Below, one piece after another: positions 26,069 to 38,623 of a stretch of DNA of 64,000 nucleotides. How positions within the stretch are numbered: position 1 is the stretch's first letter; every line of letters starts with the position of its first letter. Below the pieces are notes generated by a model. It was not told the origin of the DNA. It saw only the letters and a list, made by a program, of their open reading frames with translations, and made no database searches. The translations under genes were made by a program, and so were the position numbers. Source of the stretch: Octopus sinensis (Eukaryota); contig NC_042999.1 of NCBI RefSeq assembly GCF_006345805.1, forward strand, positions 64,232,001-64,296,000, read 5' to 3'.

Positions 26069-28231
26069 GAATCAAGGAAGCCATAATTTGTTGTTGTGGA
26101 TCAGCACAGTTGAAGTTACACCGTTTACTGGATTTGAAACGATGGCATTCGACTTCTACCAACAACGTTTCAACTGTTGAGGATATTTCTCCTCCAACTT
26201 CCCTTCGTCAATTACGCCACTTCCTTGGCTTATCGCTGCTTCATTATTCACTGCACTGGACTCCTGCCTCCACTCACCAAGCTTCTCCAGATCCGCCGCA
26301 TGAGACGCGCGAATTGTTAGCGATTTATTTGTCCGTGAAGCATTTCCAGCACATCCTCGAAGGAAGGAACTTTACCATCTATACAGATCATAAGCCTCTT
26401 ACTTTTGCCTTGCAGTCCAGGACTGAGAAATATTCACCGAGTGAGACTAGACACCTGGACTTTATATCGCAATTCACCAGCGACATTTAACACATCTCCG
26501 GAGCTCAGAACACTGCTGCAGATGCTTTGACCCATCTGCCGATCACTTCATTGTCAGCTATTCCTGAGATTGACCTGACTGTTCGTCCTCAAACCAACCT
26601 CCTCTGGACTCACTTGACACACCTGCTTCTGAGTTCGTGACTTGCAAATTCAAGTACCTGCCTTTACCAACTGCAAACATGCAGATACTGTGTGGCGTGT
26701 CAACGGATTCGCCTCGTCTGTATTCGAAGCTTTGCAGTCTTCCGCACCCTGGAGCCTCATAGCTGTTAGATTCATCTGGCCAAATATGAGGCACGACATT
26801 ACTGAATGGACCCCATCTTTCTTCCAGTGCTAGAAGTCAAACATACTTAAGCAGATCCGTGCACCACTCGGCACCTTCAGTACATCTGATGTACATTTTT
26901 GCCACATTCATATCGATCTCGTGGGATCCTGGCCTGTCAGTCAAGGATTTACGTACACCCTGACTTGCATTTACCTGTTCACTCGCTGACCTGGAGCCAT
27001 TCCTTTAATTGGTATCTCTACTGAATTTGTAGCGCGAGCCCTGGTATCAGGACGGATATCACGTTACGATGTCCCTACCACTATTACGACAGACCGTGGT
27101 AGACAATTCGAATCTCACCTTTTTTTTTTCAGAACTCACAAAAATCATCGATGCTCAACGGATCTATACTACGAGTTATCATCCTGCATCTAAAGGTTTC
27201 CCATATTACTCCTCGGTATTCGGACTGCATTCGAGGAGGATCTCGGATACTCACCAGCCGAACTGCTGTATGGTGCTCCGTTGTCTTTGCCGGGGCAGAT
27301 GCTCGTCCCGGTCGACCTGTCTATTCAGGATCCGGCACATTACATGAACCGCCTTCGTTCATATTTTCAGGGCCTACCACCAATGAACACTCGACATCAA
27401 ACTGTGAAACCTGCAGTCCAGAGGGACATTGCCTCGTGGACCCACCTTTCTGTCAGAAACGACGCCTTGAGAAGTCCTCTTACCCCATTTTATACAGAAC
27501 CTTATCGCGTGCTTGCATGCACCGACAAACATTTCACAATTGACCATAATGGTTCTAGCGACACTGTCCTACACAGATGTTGATAATCCGGAGCCACATA
27601 CACCCCGCACACATATACATCCCCTACACATACTTCTCCACAAACAGCTCCCCCACCTTCACCAAGACACGTTACGACAACTCGCAGCGGTCGTCGTGTC
27701 CATTATTCGTTTTATTGTTCATATCAACTGACAGTCTGAGGTGGAGTAATGTAGTGAGTCAAGGAAGCCATAATTTGTTGTCGCGGATTGTCACTGTTGT
27801 GCTTTGGCAATTGTAGCCAGTCAGACCCAGTCGTGTACCTATAAAAGCAGCAGTCATCAAGTCAGTAGGAGCGCGCCTTTTTGCAGTCAGTCAGCAGAAG
27901 ACCTCGGCTCCACAACCGTCAGCGACAGATGTTGACATTTCACTCCAGCCTTCGTACCGCCGGCTATTCTCTATTTGTATTTCTTACATCCTTAGCACCG
28001 CGCACCTCTAACCTATTTGTTCAATTGTAAGTTTCAAGCCTTTCCTCTCTCTCCTACATATATTAGCTCACTTTGTTCATCACTTGTCAACAATCCAAAT
28101 AAAATTACTATGCTCCGTTAACAAACATGACTTCTGATATTTTATGTCTACATACACTTCATTCCGCGTTATGCTGTGACGTTGTTACATTCGAACACGT
28201 TGCATCCAACATCGTACCAAGGACGACAACA
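26069..28231 (+). mobile_element. Internally deleted Gypsy/Ty3 LTR retrotransposon
   Basis: RNase H remnant RELLAIYLSVKHF..IYTDHKPL followed by integrase remnant (HIDLVG-like, YTTSYHP). PPT-like GAGGTGGAGTAA precedes the 3' LTR. About 45 bp of 5' LTR remain at 26069-26110. Confidence 0.85.
27750..28231 (+). repeat. 3' LTR of the Gypsy element
   Basis: TGT...ACA termini, TATAAAA at about 27840 and AATAAA at about 28099. Confidence 0.75.
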
Positions 28232-28398
28232 TCAGCAAAGTGAAATGTTGTTAGAAGTAATAGTGGGGGAAATGACTGTAATAGCAACAGCAAGGATAAC
28301 AGGGCGAGTTTAATTATGAGAGAGTGCAAAAGTCAGTATGTGGGACATATTGTAGATATGGAAAATATCAGTGGGTTAATGGAAAGATGAGAGTGAAA

Positions 28399-28435
<37 letters not shown>

Positions 28436-28560
28436 TGACTGTATTGGCGGAGAACGTTTTGCCATTAATGTGGTTATATACGTGTGTTTTCATGCAAGTA
28501 CGAGTTTATGTCTGTATGCGAAGTGGCAAAGATAGACAGATAGATAGATGGATAGACAGA

Positions 28561-28642
<82 letters not shown>

Positions 28643-28870
28643 AGGCGGCGAGCTGGCAGAAACGTTAGCGCGCCGGGCGAAATGCTTAGCGGTATTTCGT
28701 CTGCCGCTACGTTCTGAGTTCAAATTCCACCGAGGTCGACTTTGCCTTTCATCCCTTCGGGGTCGATAAATTAAGGACCAGTTACGCACTTGGGTCGATG
28801 TAATCGACTTAATCCGTTTGTCTGTCCTTGTTTGTCCCCTCTATGTTTAGCCCCTTGTGGGCAATAAAGG
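28643..28870 (+). mobile_element. CORE-type SINE (family A)
   Basis: GGCGGCGAGCTGGCAGAAACGTTAGC head and CORE-like domain. Confidence 0.85.
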
Positions 28871-29443
28871 AATAAGAGAGAGAGAAGCAGATAGTTAGAA
28901 ACAGCAAATGTGTTCGCATGTACCTTTTGGTTAGACAGACACGAATACATGCTTGTTGGTGTATATGTGCGTGTGTACGTATGCTTACGTGTAGTGTGCC
29001 TTTCAGAAAAGGAATACCACTCCCGAAACATGCATTTGGAAACACAAAGAATTTTAGTAATATTTATTGAGAAAGAAGTTCAAAATTAGAAATCGTCGAA
29101 GAGAAAATCACAGAAGTGCGACATTTTAAAATAAATTTTTGAAATAAACTATATATTTAATAGCTATTATTGTCTTATAAGTGATGTTAATCAATAGAGC
29201 AGTTACAAATTTCTAATCTTATGTTTTTAATGTATAGATAGTTAGATAGTTTATATATTTGATTGTTTAAGCGGTTATTTGTCCCTACAAGGTGCGGAAT
29301 ACTCCTCATCTATCCCTCACTTGGTTATTACCGACTCTTCAGCTTAATTTTCTTAGGGTTCTGTTGCTGGATCGCTTAGTTATGTGGACGTAAACGCATC
29401 AAAACTGGCTGGGAGAAACACACTCACACATACATACACACAA

Positions 29444-29527
<84 letters not shown>

Positions 29528-29699
29528 GACGAGCTTCTTTCAGTTTCCGTCTGCCAAATATTCACTTAAAAGCCTTTGGTCGGCCCGAGGCTATGGTAGA
29601 AGACACTTGCCCAATGTATCACACAGTGGGAGTGAACCAGGAACCATGTAGTTGTGAAGCAAACTTACCACACACACACACACACTTGGCAGACACTCA

Positions 29700-30095
29700 T
29701 AAAATTATCAACCATCTTACAAATAATAACTCTGAGCACCTTTTCAAACTCCACTTGTCTAACACCCGTGAACATGTTTACAAAGTCAGAAAACAGCACA
29801 GCTCCCATGACTTTCAGAAACATTTTTTCACACTAAGAGTTGCTGAAGCATGGAACAAACTGCCGGCATCCGTTGTTAGTTGTTGGAGCACTGCATCCTT
29901 CAAAACTTCCATGCTTCCTGAGATTCGCCAACACTACACCTGATTTTCTCCCCTCCATACACACGCAAGCATGTATCTGACTCATACACAGTTCGCTTTC
30001 CAGACATTTTTACATTACTGCATATACTTTATACGCACTTTTGACAAGTTGTGGTGCACCTGAGCGCTGTATACAATAATTTCATTATTATCATA
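29700..30095 (+). mobile_element. 3' end of a second CR1/L2-type LINE family
   Basis: C-terminal peptide HFFTLRVAEAWNKLPASVV..FK, typical of CR1-group ORF2 ends, then 3' UTR and (ATT)-rich tail. Confidence 0.7.
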
Positions 30096-30498
30096 TAATT
30101 ATTGTAACCCAATTTAGCAACCTGGAAACTAGAAATGGTCTATGTCTGTAAATAGTAAGTATAAAAAGTTCACAAAGTGGAATAAATTAGTTTATCACTG
30201 GGAAGTGAAGGCATCTGAATATTTCATGCAAGTTATGGAATATATACTAAATAAGGTTTATAGAGGTACAGAAAAGGTTCGACTTACAGACAAGCAGACA
30301 CAGAAATTCCATTGCTCTGTTGAATAAACTTTATCTGCGAAAATGGATAGCTTGAACGAAAGATTTAACAAAGCTACTGACCGAAAAACGCTTCTACTAT
30401 GTAGCAATTTTAACCAGGGGCCTCTTAGCTGTATTTTCGGACGGCGGGCAAATCAGTGCACTGGGCCCTATAGTATTTATTTATAGATAGCAAGCAAT

Positions 30499-30670
30499 AG
30501 GCGCAGGAGTGGCTGTGTGGTAAGTAGCTTGCTTACCAACCACATGGTTCCGGGTTCAGTCCCACTGCGTGGCATCTTGGGCAAGTGTCTTCTGCTATAG
30601 CCCCGGGCCGACCAATGCCTTGTGAGTGGATTTAGTAGACCGAAACTGAAAGAAGCCTGTCGTATATATG

Positions 30671-30701
<31 letters not shown>

Positions 30702-30915
30702 ATATGTTTGTGTGTCTGTGTTTGTCCCCCTAGCATTGCTTGACAACCGATGCTGGTGTGTTTATGTCCCCGTAACTTAGCGGTTCGGCAAAAACAGACC
30801 GATAGAATAAGTACTGGGCTTACAAAGAATAAGTCCCGGGGTCGATCTGCTCGACTAAAGGCGGTGCTCCAGCATGGCCACAGTCAAATGACTGAAACAA
30901 GTAAAAAAGAAAGAA
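30499..30915 (+). mobile_element. Full SINE family B
   Basis: GGCGCAGGAGTGGCTGTGTGGTAAG head to ..ACTGAAACAAGTAAAAAAGA tail. Confidence 0.85.
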
Positions 30916-31807
30916 AAGAAAAAGAATAGCATACATAGATCATAACTGGGCCACTAGACTCATAAAACCTCCGGTCAACTGACCAATATGACCACGATTT
31001 TTTCTTTTTGCGAATTTGGCAAAAAATGCCGCTTAGATGCACTACAAATCCGTCATATATAAATAGCTTCCACCTAAGTATTTTAAAAAATCCAATATAA
31101 TTAAATCGAATAAGAATTGGCATTTAAGCTTATTTATAAAATAATTAAACTTTACAAATGTTTCCAATAACATTCTTTTTTTGAAAAAATTAGCTTTGAT
31201 TTGCTCATATAAAATGGTTCCTAACTTGGCTAATTGTGATAAATCGTTAATTAAATATAACTAAATATAATTATACAAAAATTATATAATAAATTAAAAA
31301 CATTTCTGAGATTTTAACAGAAGGTTTGAGAATGTGAAGCCCTAGGCTGTAGTTTGTTTCGCTAATACCTTATTCCAATCCCAGTATGTCTAGTGTTCAT
31401 ACAGTGATTTGTTATAAGCTGGAGAGAAAGAATAGATCACGTGTTAAGGACATCTCTACAGATTTTCCGCAGAAATTATTGCCAGCAGTGATTTTTGTTA
31501 CAAGTCATTAATAAGAAAGAGCAGAATAAACTCGTTGGCTGAAAATTTCTCTGATAGGCATAATAACTTTAGCAATAAAATTCGTGAGCTTGTGTAGATC
31601 TGTAGATCCGATAAGTCGTTTGTCGGAGAAAGAAAGAGAGAGAGAGGAGTGGGAGAAAGAGGGCGTGGGAGAGAGAGGGGGAGTGGAGAGAGGGAGACCG
31701 AACCAGAAAGAGATGCTTTTCTTTTTTTTTCTTTTTACCTCACACGAAGAGTCTGCCCTGAAACGCTAGATGCCTTTTCTTCCACGGCATATAAAATTAT
31801 TCATCCT

Positions 31808-32229
31808 AAGACAGAGAGCTGGCAGAAACGTTAGCACGCCGGGCGAAATGCGTAGCTGTATTTCGTCCACCGTTACGTTCTGAGTTCAAATTCCGCCGAG
31901 TTCTGAGTTCAAATTGCCTTTCATCCTTTCGGGGTCGATAAATTAAGTACCAGTTACGCACTGGGGTCGCTTTAATCGACTTAATCCGTTTGTCGGTCCT
32001 TTTTTGTCCCCTCTGTGTTTAGCCCCTTGTGGGTAGTAAAGAAATAGGTATTTCGTCTGGCGCTACGTTCTGAGTTCAAATTCCGCCGAGGTCGACTTTG
32101 CCTTTCATCCTTTCGGGGTTGATTAAATAAGTACCAGTTACACACTGGGGTCGATATAATCGACTTAATCCGTTTGGCTGTCTTTGTTTGTCGCTCTGTG
32201 TTTAGCCCCTTGTGGGTAGTAAAGAAATA
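31808..32229 (+). mobile_element. CORE-type SINE with duplicated body inside a single TSD
   Basis: Body repeated (to 32048, then 32049-32229). Flanked by GGCATAT(A/G)AAATTATTCATCCT at 31786-31807 and 32230-32251. Confidence 0.8.
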
Positions 32230-33234
32230 GGCATATGAAATTATTCATCCTCGCAAATTCCACTGCATAACGAATACCGGTCACCATTTCCTCGGACAAT
32301 GTTTTTACTTTTCATTTTTATTTTACACTTATTATTAGTATACATATCTTATCTTCAGCGAGCCTCGAAAAATAAAGCAATCTGTCTTCGTTTAGTCAAC
32401 GAAGCTTGTATTCTATTTCTTTTTTTTCACCACTCTATTCTTATTTAACAATACCAACAAAGGCAAATGTTTTTTTTAATTTTATCTATTTATTTATTTT
32501 TTAACACAGTCGAAATAATTGCAGTACTTATCATTGGTGAAGAGGAAATATATAGGCCGTTGAAATCAATGTTTATTACATGGTTGGTAGAGATTTTTGT
32601 TGTTGCTCCCTTTTTATCTCAGGTATCAGATACGAACGCTTTTGTTGACCGAATTCCATTCTTATATCAAGTGAGAACATCACTGCCAAGCAATAAATAT
32701 TATTAGAGTACACCTTTAAGAAATCAACACAATTTTATAGGCGACAATGGCTTTGTTCGCTGTCATCTGAACGAAATACATTGGCAATACTAGCAAAGGT
32801 TTCCATTATTTTTTTCAGATAGTCTTAAGATAACCTAATTCTCTTGTTACCTTAAATGAGGGACAGATACAAACACATCTTACTAGTCAGTCCATCTTTT
32901 CATTTGGCTCCGTTTCTATTTCATTCAAAACTTCGAAACCAACAAGCTTTATAAATGCAATTTATGGACCTAAGTATGTTCAGAATGTACGCAGAGCTCC
33001 GCTGTACCACCCACGGTTCATTTCATATATTTATTATCAAAATTTGTTGCTGGTGTTTTTAGGTCCCACGCCACTCTTCGCAACTGCGTGGTTTCGGATT
33101 CGGTCTCACAGCGCGACATCTTGGGAAAATGTTTTCTACTATAGCTCTTCTGGTCCAACCAATACATTATGAGTGAATTTAGTGGAAGCTGTGTGGAAGC
33201 TCGTCATTATGCGTGTGTGTATGTGTGAAGACGC

Positions 33235-33530
33235 ACGGCTCAGTGGTTTGAGCGTCGGGCTCACAAACGCGTGTTGTGTTCTTGAGCAAGACACTTTATT
33301 TCGCGTTGTTCCAGTTTACTCAGCTGTAGAAATGAGTTGCGACGTCACAGATGTCAATCTGTATCGGTCTTTGCCTTTCTCTTGGATAACACTGGTGGCA
33401 TGGAGAGGGGAGGCCGGTATGCATGGGCAACTACTGGTCTTCCATAAACGAGCTTGCCTGGACTTGTACTTTGAAAAGGAACTTTCTTGGTGCAATCCCA
33501 TGGTCATTCATGACTGAAGGGGCCCTTACC
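33235..33530 (+). mobile_element. tRNA-derived SINE, fourth family (D)
   Basis: GGCTCAGTGGTTTGAGCG head and TTGTGTTCTTGAGCAAGACACTTTA central motif. Confidence 0.55.
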
Positions 33531-33744
33531 CTTTATGTATGCATGTATACACACACACACGCAAATATATGTGTGCTTGTTTGTGCCTGTGCCCCCATCC
33601 TACCGCTTAACAACTTGTGTTGGTTTATGTCCACATAAATTAGTAGTTCGGCCTAAGAGAATGATGGAATAAGTGCCAGGCTTAAAAAATATGTACCGGG
33701 GGTTAAACTGTTTGACTAAAATCTTTCAAGGTTACGTCACTAGC

Positions 33745-34175
33745 CAGCTATTTATGGCAGCTGAAAGACGACGGGATTCCATACACAATATGCAGGCCCC
33801 TACATAAACGGGATCAAGCGTTCTAAACTATGCATAGCGGAACAGGCGAGGATTCTAAAGGACTCCCTCGATCCGGAGAACATCCTTAATTTCAGAACGG
33901 AGGTCTTCGGACTGTGCTTGTATTTCAGGAAATTCCTGCTGGCCTATTGGAACCCACAAGACAACAGGGTCACTTGCGATCGGTCGTCAAAGAGAGACAA
34001 TCTCCTGTTGTTGATATTGAGTAGTAAGGCCCTTTCTTCCTCCATTTTAGAGTTGCCACTCGCTAGAGAGCGAGGCCTTAAGCCATTAGGTTTCGGGATC
34101 TGATGATACGCTGTAAAGCTAAGCTCTTTATGGACGTGAAACCCAGGGTAGTCCTATAAACCGGCCTTATCTAGC
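33745..34175 (+). mobile_element. 3' remnant of a Penelope-like element (C-terminal endonuclease region plus pseudo-LTR)
   Basis: Remnant peptides ASYLWQLKDDGIPYTI and KLCIAEQARILKDSLDPENILNFRTEVFGLC resemble, from recall, the CxLCxxEK..LLNxRxE..C tail of metazoan PLEs. Followed by a hammerhead. Confidence 0.6.
34089..34162 (+). ncRNA. Type-I hammerhead ribozyme with extended stems
   Basis: GGTTT-C-GGGAT-CTGATGA-T-ACGCTGTAAAG(CTAAGCT)CTTTATGG-A-CGT-GAAA-CCC-A-GGG-T-A-GTCCT-AT-AAACC. GUA cleavage triplet. Confidence 0.82.
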
Positions 34176-34221
34176 TTTATATATATATATACACTCAGCC
34201 ACTCCCCATATATATATATAT

Positions 34222-34387
34222 AGGCGCAGGAGTGGCTGTGTGGTAAGTAGCTTGTTTACCAGCCACATGGTTCCGGGTTCAGTCCTACTGCGTGGCACCT
34301 TGGGCAAGTGTCTTCTACTATAGCCTCGGGCCGACCAAAGCCTTGTAGGTGGATTTGGTAGACGGAAACTGAAAGAAGCCCATCGTA

Positions 34388-34433
<46 letters not shown>

Positions 34434-34630
34434 TGTGTGTGTTTGTCCCCCTAGCATTGCTTGACAACCGATGCTGGTGTGTTTATGTCCCCGTTACTTA
34501 GCGGTTCGGCAAAAAGAGTCCGATAGAATAAGTACTGGGCTTACAAAAGAATAAGTCCCGGGGTCGAGTTGCTCGACTAAAGGCGGTGCTCCAGCATGGC
34601 CGCAGTCAAATGACTGAAACAAGTAAAAGA

Positions 34631-34672
<42 letters not shown>

Positions 34673-35080
34673 GACGGGCTTCTTTCAGTTTCCATCTACC
34701 AAATGCATTCACAAGGCTTTGGTCGGCCCGAGGTTATAGCAGAAAACACTTGCCAAAAGTGCCACGCATTGAAACTGAACCCGGAACCTTGTGATTGGTA
34801 AGCAAGCTACTTACCACATCGGCTACTTGTTTCAGTCATTAGACTGCGGCCATGCTGGGCACGGCCTTGAAGAATTCTTAGTCGAAAACATCAACCCCAG
34901 TACTTGCTTTTGTTTCTTAAAGCCTGGTACTTATTCTATCGGTCACTTTTATCGAACCGCTAGATTATGAGGACGTAAACACATCAGTACCGGTTCTCAA
35001 GCAGTGGTGAGGGGACAAGTACAGATACAAAGACACACACACGTATATACGATGGGCTTGCTTCAATTTCCGTCTACCAA
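34222..35080. mobile_element. Cluster of SINE family B copies: + (34222-34630), then - head (34672-34815) and - tail/head (34822-35080)
   Basis: Direct motif matches to 30499-30915. Confidence 0.75.
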
Positions 35081-35105
35081 AGAGTCTTCTGCTTTGCCTC
35101 CGGGG

Positions 35106-35640
35106 CGCGAATTTTTTTCCCACGAGAGTTCCGTTTGCATACAGCCAATCAGAGCTCAACACTCAAACTGATGTATGAGCGCGTAACAAGTGATGGGGGG
35201 GGGGGGTAAGATAAGGTCTCTCGCGTAAGGAATGACCATGCTGCGTTTCTCTTTTAACAATGCTTCTTGTTCTTGTTTCAACCATGGCTGCCTCTGCGTA
35301 GTTATTTGTGTTACTGTTTACTTTGTAAAACCGTAAGGAGAGAGGGTTGCTAGCACGTCACCCTCTACCCACATTTTTCCCTTCCACATCTTTACCATAT
35401 GGGGGGGGGGGCTGACAAAATCCGATAATAGGTATAGATGCAAATCTATCTAATTACTTGTCTCCTTCTAAAACCAGACATAACTTGGCGATCGGTCGAC
35501 TTACACTGTTCTTCGTCTTGAGTTTATTTGGTAGAATGTGTTTGCTAACTTGACAACAAGGTCAAGGTGAGCTCAGATTGGCTGTATGCAAATGAATTCA
35601 TTACTATGGTCCGGAATTCTCGTGGGAAAAAAATTTCGCC
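35106..35640. mobile_element. MITE-like element with ~55-bp imperfect terminal inverted repeats
   Basis: CGCGAATTTTTTTCCCACGAGAGTTCCG..TTTGCATACAGCCAATC versus GATTGGCTGTATGCAAA..GGAATTCTCGTGGGAAAAAAATTTCG. Confidence 0.6.
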
Positions 35641-36606
35641 TTCGGGCCAACCAAATCCTAGTGAGTGGATTTGGTCACCGGGAACAGAAAAAGACCCGTC
35701 GTATACATGTATCTGTGTGTGTGCGCGCGCATGAGCCTGTGTGTATATGTTTGTTCCCTACTGTCACCGAGTTGGTTTGTTTATGGCCTCGACAAAAGAC
35801 AGGAAAAATAAATACCAGGCTCTAAAGAGGCATAAGTTCTAAGGTCGATTCATTCGACTAAAACTCTTCAATGCGCGCACGCACACGCGCGTGCGCACTT
35901 TAACTGACTTCAAAACCAGAGTCCTGCGGCCATTCTGGGGCACCACGCACCATGCGCGCGCCTGCGTAGTTGTTGCTCTATGCTATCTTGTTTATTAGTT
36001 TACTAGGACATAACGTCCAGATGTTTGAATCGGAGGGGGTGGGGCTTTGCGGAGGAAGTACGTGAGACAAAGGGTAGGTCGGGAAAAAACGCAAAACAGA
36101 AAGAAAGAAGGAAAGAGAGAAAGAAAGAAAGAAAGAAAGAAAGAAAAAAACGAAAAGTCTTTTACTGTGAGAAACAGTTGTCATTTTGCACCGTTGTGAA
36201 AATATAAGATAAAACTTCGTAAAACTCTAAAACAGCTGGCTTGTTGCTTGTGTAGAATTTCAGCGAAAAAAAGAAGCAAAAAAAAAAAAACAAAAAAAAA
36301 CAAGTGTGTGAATATGTATGTATGTGTAAACATGTGTATAGGTTTATACATGTACTTATACGTGCATATGTGTGTGTATTCTTTTATTCTTTTAGTTGTT
36401 TCAATCATTTTGACTGCGGCCATGCTGGAACACCGCCTTTAGTCGAGCAAATCGACCCCAGGACTTATTCTTTGTAAGCCTAGTACTTATTCTATCGGTC
36501 TCTCTTGCCGAATCGATAAGTTACGGGGGGCCGTAAACACACCAGCATCGGTTGTCAAGCGATGCTGGGGAGACAAACACAGACACACAAACATATATAT
36601 ATACAC

Positions 36607-36658
<52 letters not shown>

Positions 36659-36774
36659 TATATATATAATATATATAAATACATATATATATATATAAAT
36701 ACATTATATATATATATAAATAAATACGTTATATATATATATATATATAAATACGTTATATATATATATATATC

Positions 36775-36873
36775 TAGTACTCGCGCTAGGTAGTCGTTTT
36801 AGGATCGACTAGTCACGACTAGCTAGCGAGTACATGAGTGCGCGCACCGGGACCACCCTTCTTAAATAGTACC
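36775..36873. mobile_element. Merlin-related MITE terminus fragment
   Basis: CTAGTC/GACTAGCTAGCG subterminal motifs and GCGCGCACCGGGACCAC..AGTACC end, resembling 40520-40548. Confidence 0.55.
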
Positions 36874-37099
36874 CAAAGTTTATACTGAAATTATATTGTG
36901 TTTAACTAAAAAAGCATAACTATGAAGAAATTGAAAAAAAAAAATATGCTTGAACCGAAATTTCTTTCGAGTTTAATTTTTAAATACATAAATTTTAAGA
37001 AATTGTTATTCTTACTACGATATTCTACCGTAGAATTAATTATTGCGAATATCGGTGCCCAAAAATAATGAATCATTAGCGAAAAAGAAAACTGAAGCA

Positions 37100-37890
37100 A
37101 TCATTGCTGAATTTCCAATCTGATTCATCTAATAATGCTAAGCAGAAGAGAATTGCAAACGAAGTTTCGCAGCTCAAGGGAGGTCTTGCAAAGTCTTTGA
37201 TACCATCATTGGATGATCTAGGACAGGTCGACTGCCAACCAGTGCAGCCAGTTCTAGGAAACTTTGATCCAAAAATTTATGGAAATTAGAGACGTGACTT
37301 CTCGTCAAGCTGGTATACTGGTCGTCCATGGTTAGAGTATTCTCTTTCAAAGAAAGCCTTGTTTTGTTTTGCTTGTCGGCACTTTATTACTTCTGCTCAA
37401 GCTGATGCTTGTTTTATTAAAAATGGATATTCTAATTGGCATCATGCAAAAGAAAAAAAACAAAGGTTTAAATAAGCACGCAAACTCTGCATCCCATATC
37501 CAAGCTATGATAACATGGAAGGAACGTCAACAGCGTTTATCCACACCAACATCCGTGTCTTCAATCTTTCAAAATGATCAGTTGAGCAAAAACCGTTATT
37601 ATATCAGTTCCATTGTTGATATTGTTCATTTTCTTTGTGCAAACGAATTGCCTTTTCGAGGAAACGAAAATGAAGCTTTTCAGGATCTTTATTCGGAAGA
37701 TGATACGTAGACTTGTGGTCTTTTAATGAAATTATTCCAGTACACATCGGAGACAGACTCAAAGTTAATAGAATGTTACAGCATGATTCCAAAAAATGCG
37801 ACCTACACCTCAGCAGCAATGCAAAACGAAATCATCGAATTGTTGAGAAGACACACTGTCAGCCTCGTGGTCGATATTTATTTGAAATTA
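37100..37890 (+). pseudogene. Degraded hAT-type transposase (TTF-type zinc finger plus DUF4371/ZMYM1-like region)
   Basis: WYTGRPWLEYS..FCFAC..F..NGYSNW..KHANSASH, ELPFRG and YTSAAMQNEII, with frameshifts and stops. Confidence 0.8.
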
Positions 37891-38297
37891 TATAAAAATA
37901 ATGTTTAAAGATTTGGCTGTTATCTCTAGCATGTAGAAAGACCTTTTAGGCTTAACTATGTGTTTGTTGAAAATCATTAAAAAAAATATTGGAGTCGATA
38001 CATTCGACTAAAAATTCTTCGAGGTGATGCCCCAGCATGGCCTCAGTTTAATGATTGTAACAAGTAAAATGAAAATAAAAACGAAATATATCAGAAGTTT
38101 TGACCAGGTTAGGCGTCAAGAAATGTGGGGGAAAAAAAAACAAACGAAAAAATAACCGAAAAATATAAGCATGGGGCTTTTGTCCACTTTCACGCTTTAA
38201 GTAGGAGCTTTTGTCCGTACCCCTGTTCAGCACCCCCAGTTGCAATTGGCTGGCTACGTGGCTGTATAGGCCACACTTGTACTTTATGAGACGGTCA

Positions 38298-38623
38298 ACT
38301 ATTTTTAATCTTTTAGTCAGAAGAGACAATGTTGTACTCCTGCTCTGGATTGGAAATTTATTTATTGGACAATGAAAGGAAGAAAAATAATGTTAGTGTT
38401 GGCGCGATTTGAACTCAGAGCGTAGATAGTCGAAATAAATAGCGCCTAATGAATATGCCAACTATTTAAAATCTTTTAGTCAGAAGAGACAATGTTGTAC
38501 TCTTGCTCTGGATTGGAAATTTATTTATTGGACAATGAAAGGAAGAAAAATAATGTTAGTGTTGGCGCGATTTGAACTCAGAGCGTAGATAGTCGAAATA
38601 AATAGCGCCTAATGAATATGCCA
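38298..38623. repeat. Local tandem duplication, 2 x 163 bp
   Basis: ACTATTT..AGTCAGAAGAGACAATG..GAATATGCCA at 38298 and 38461. Confidence 0.9.
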
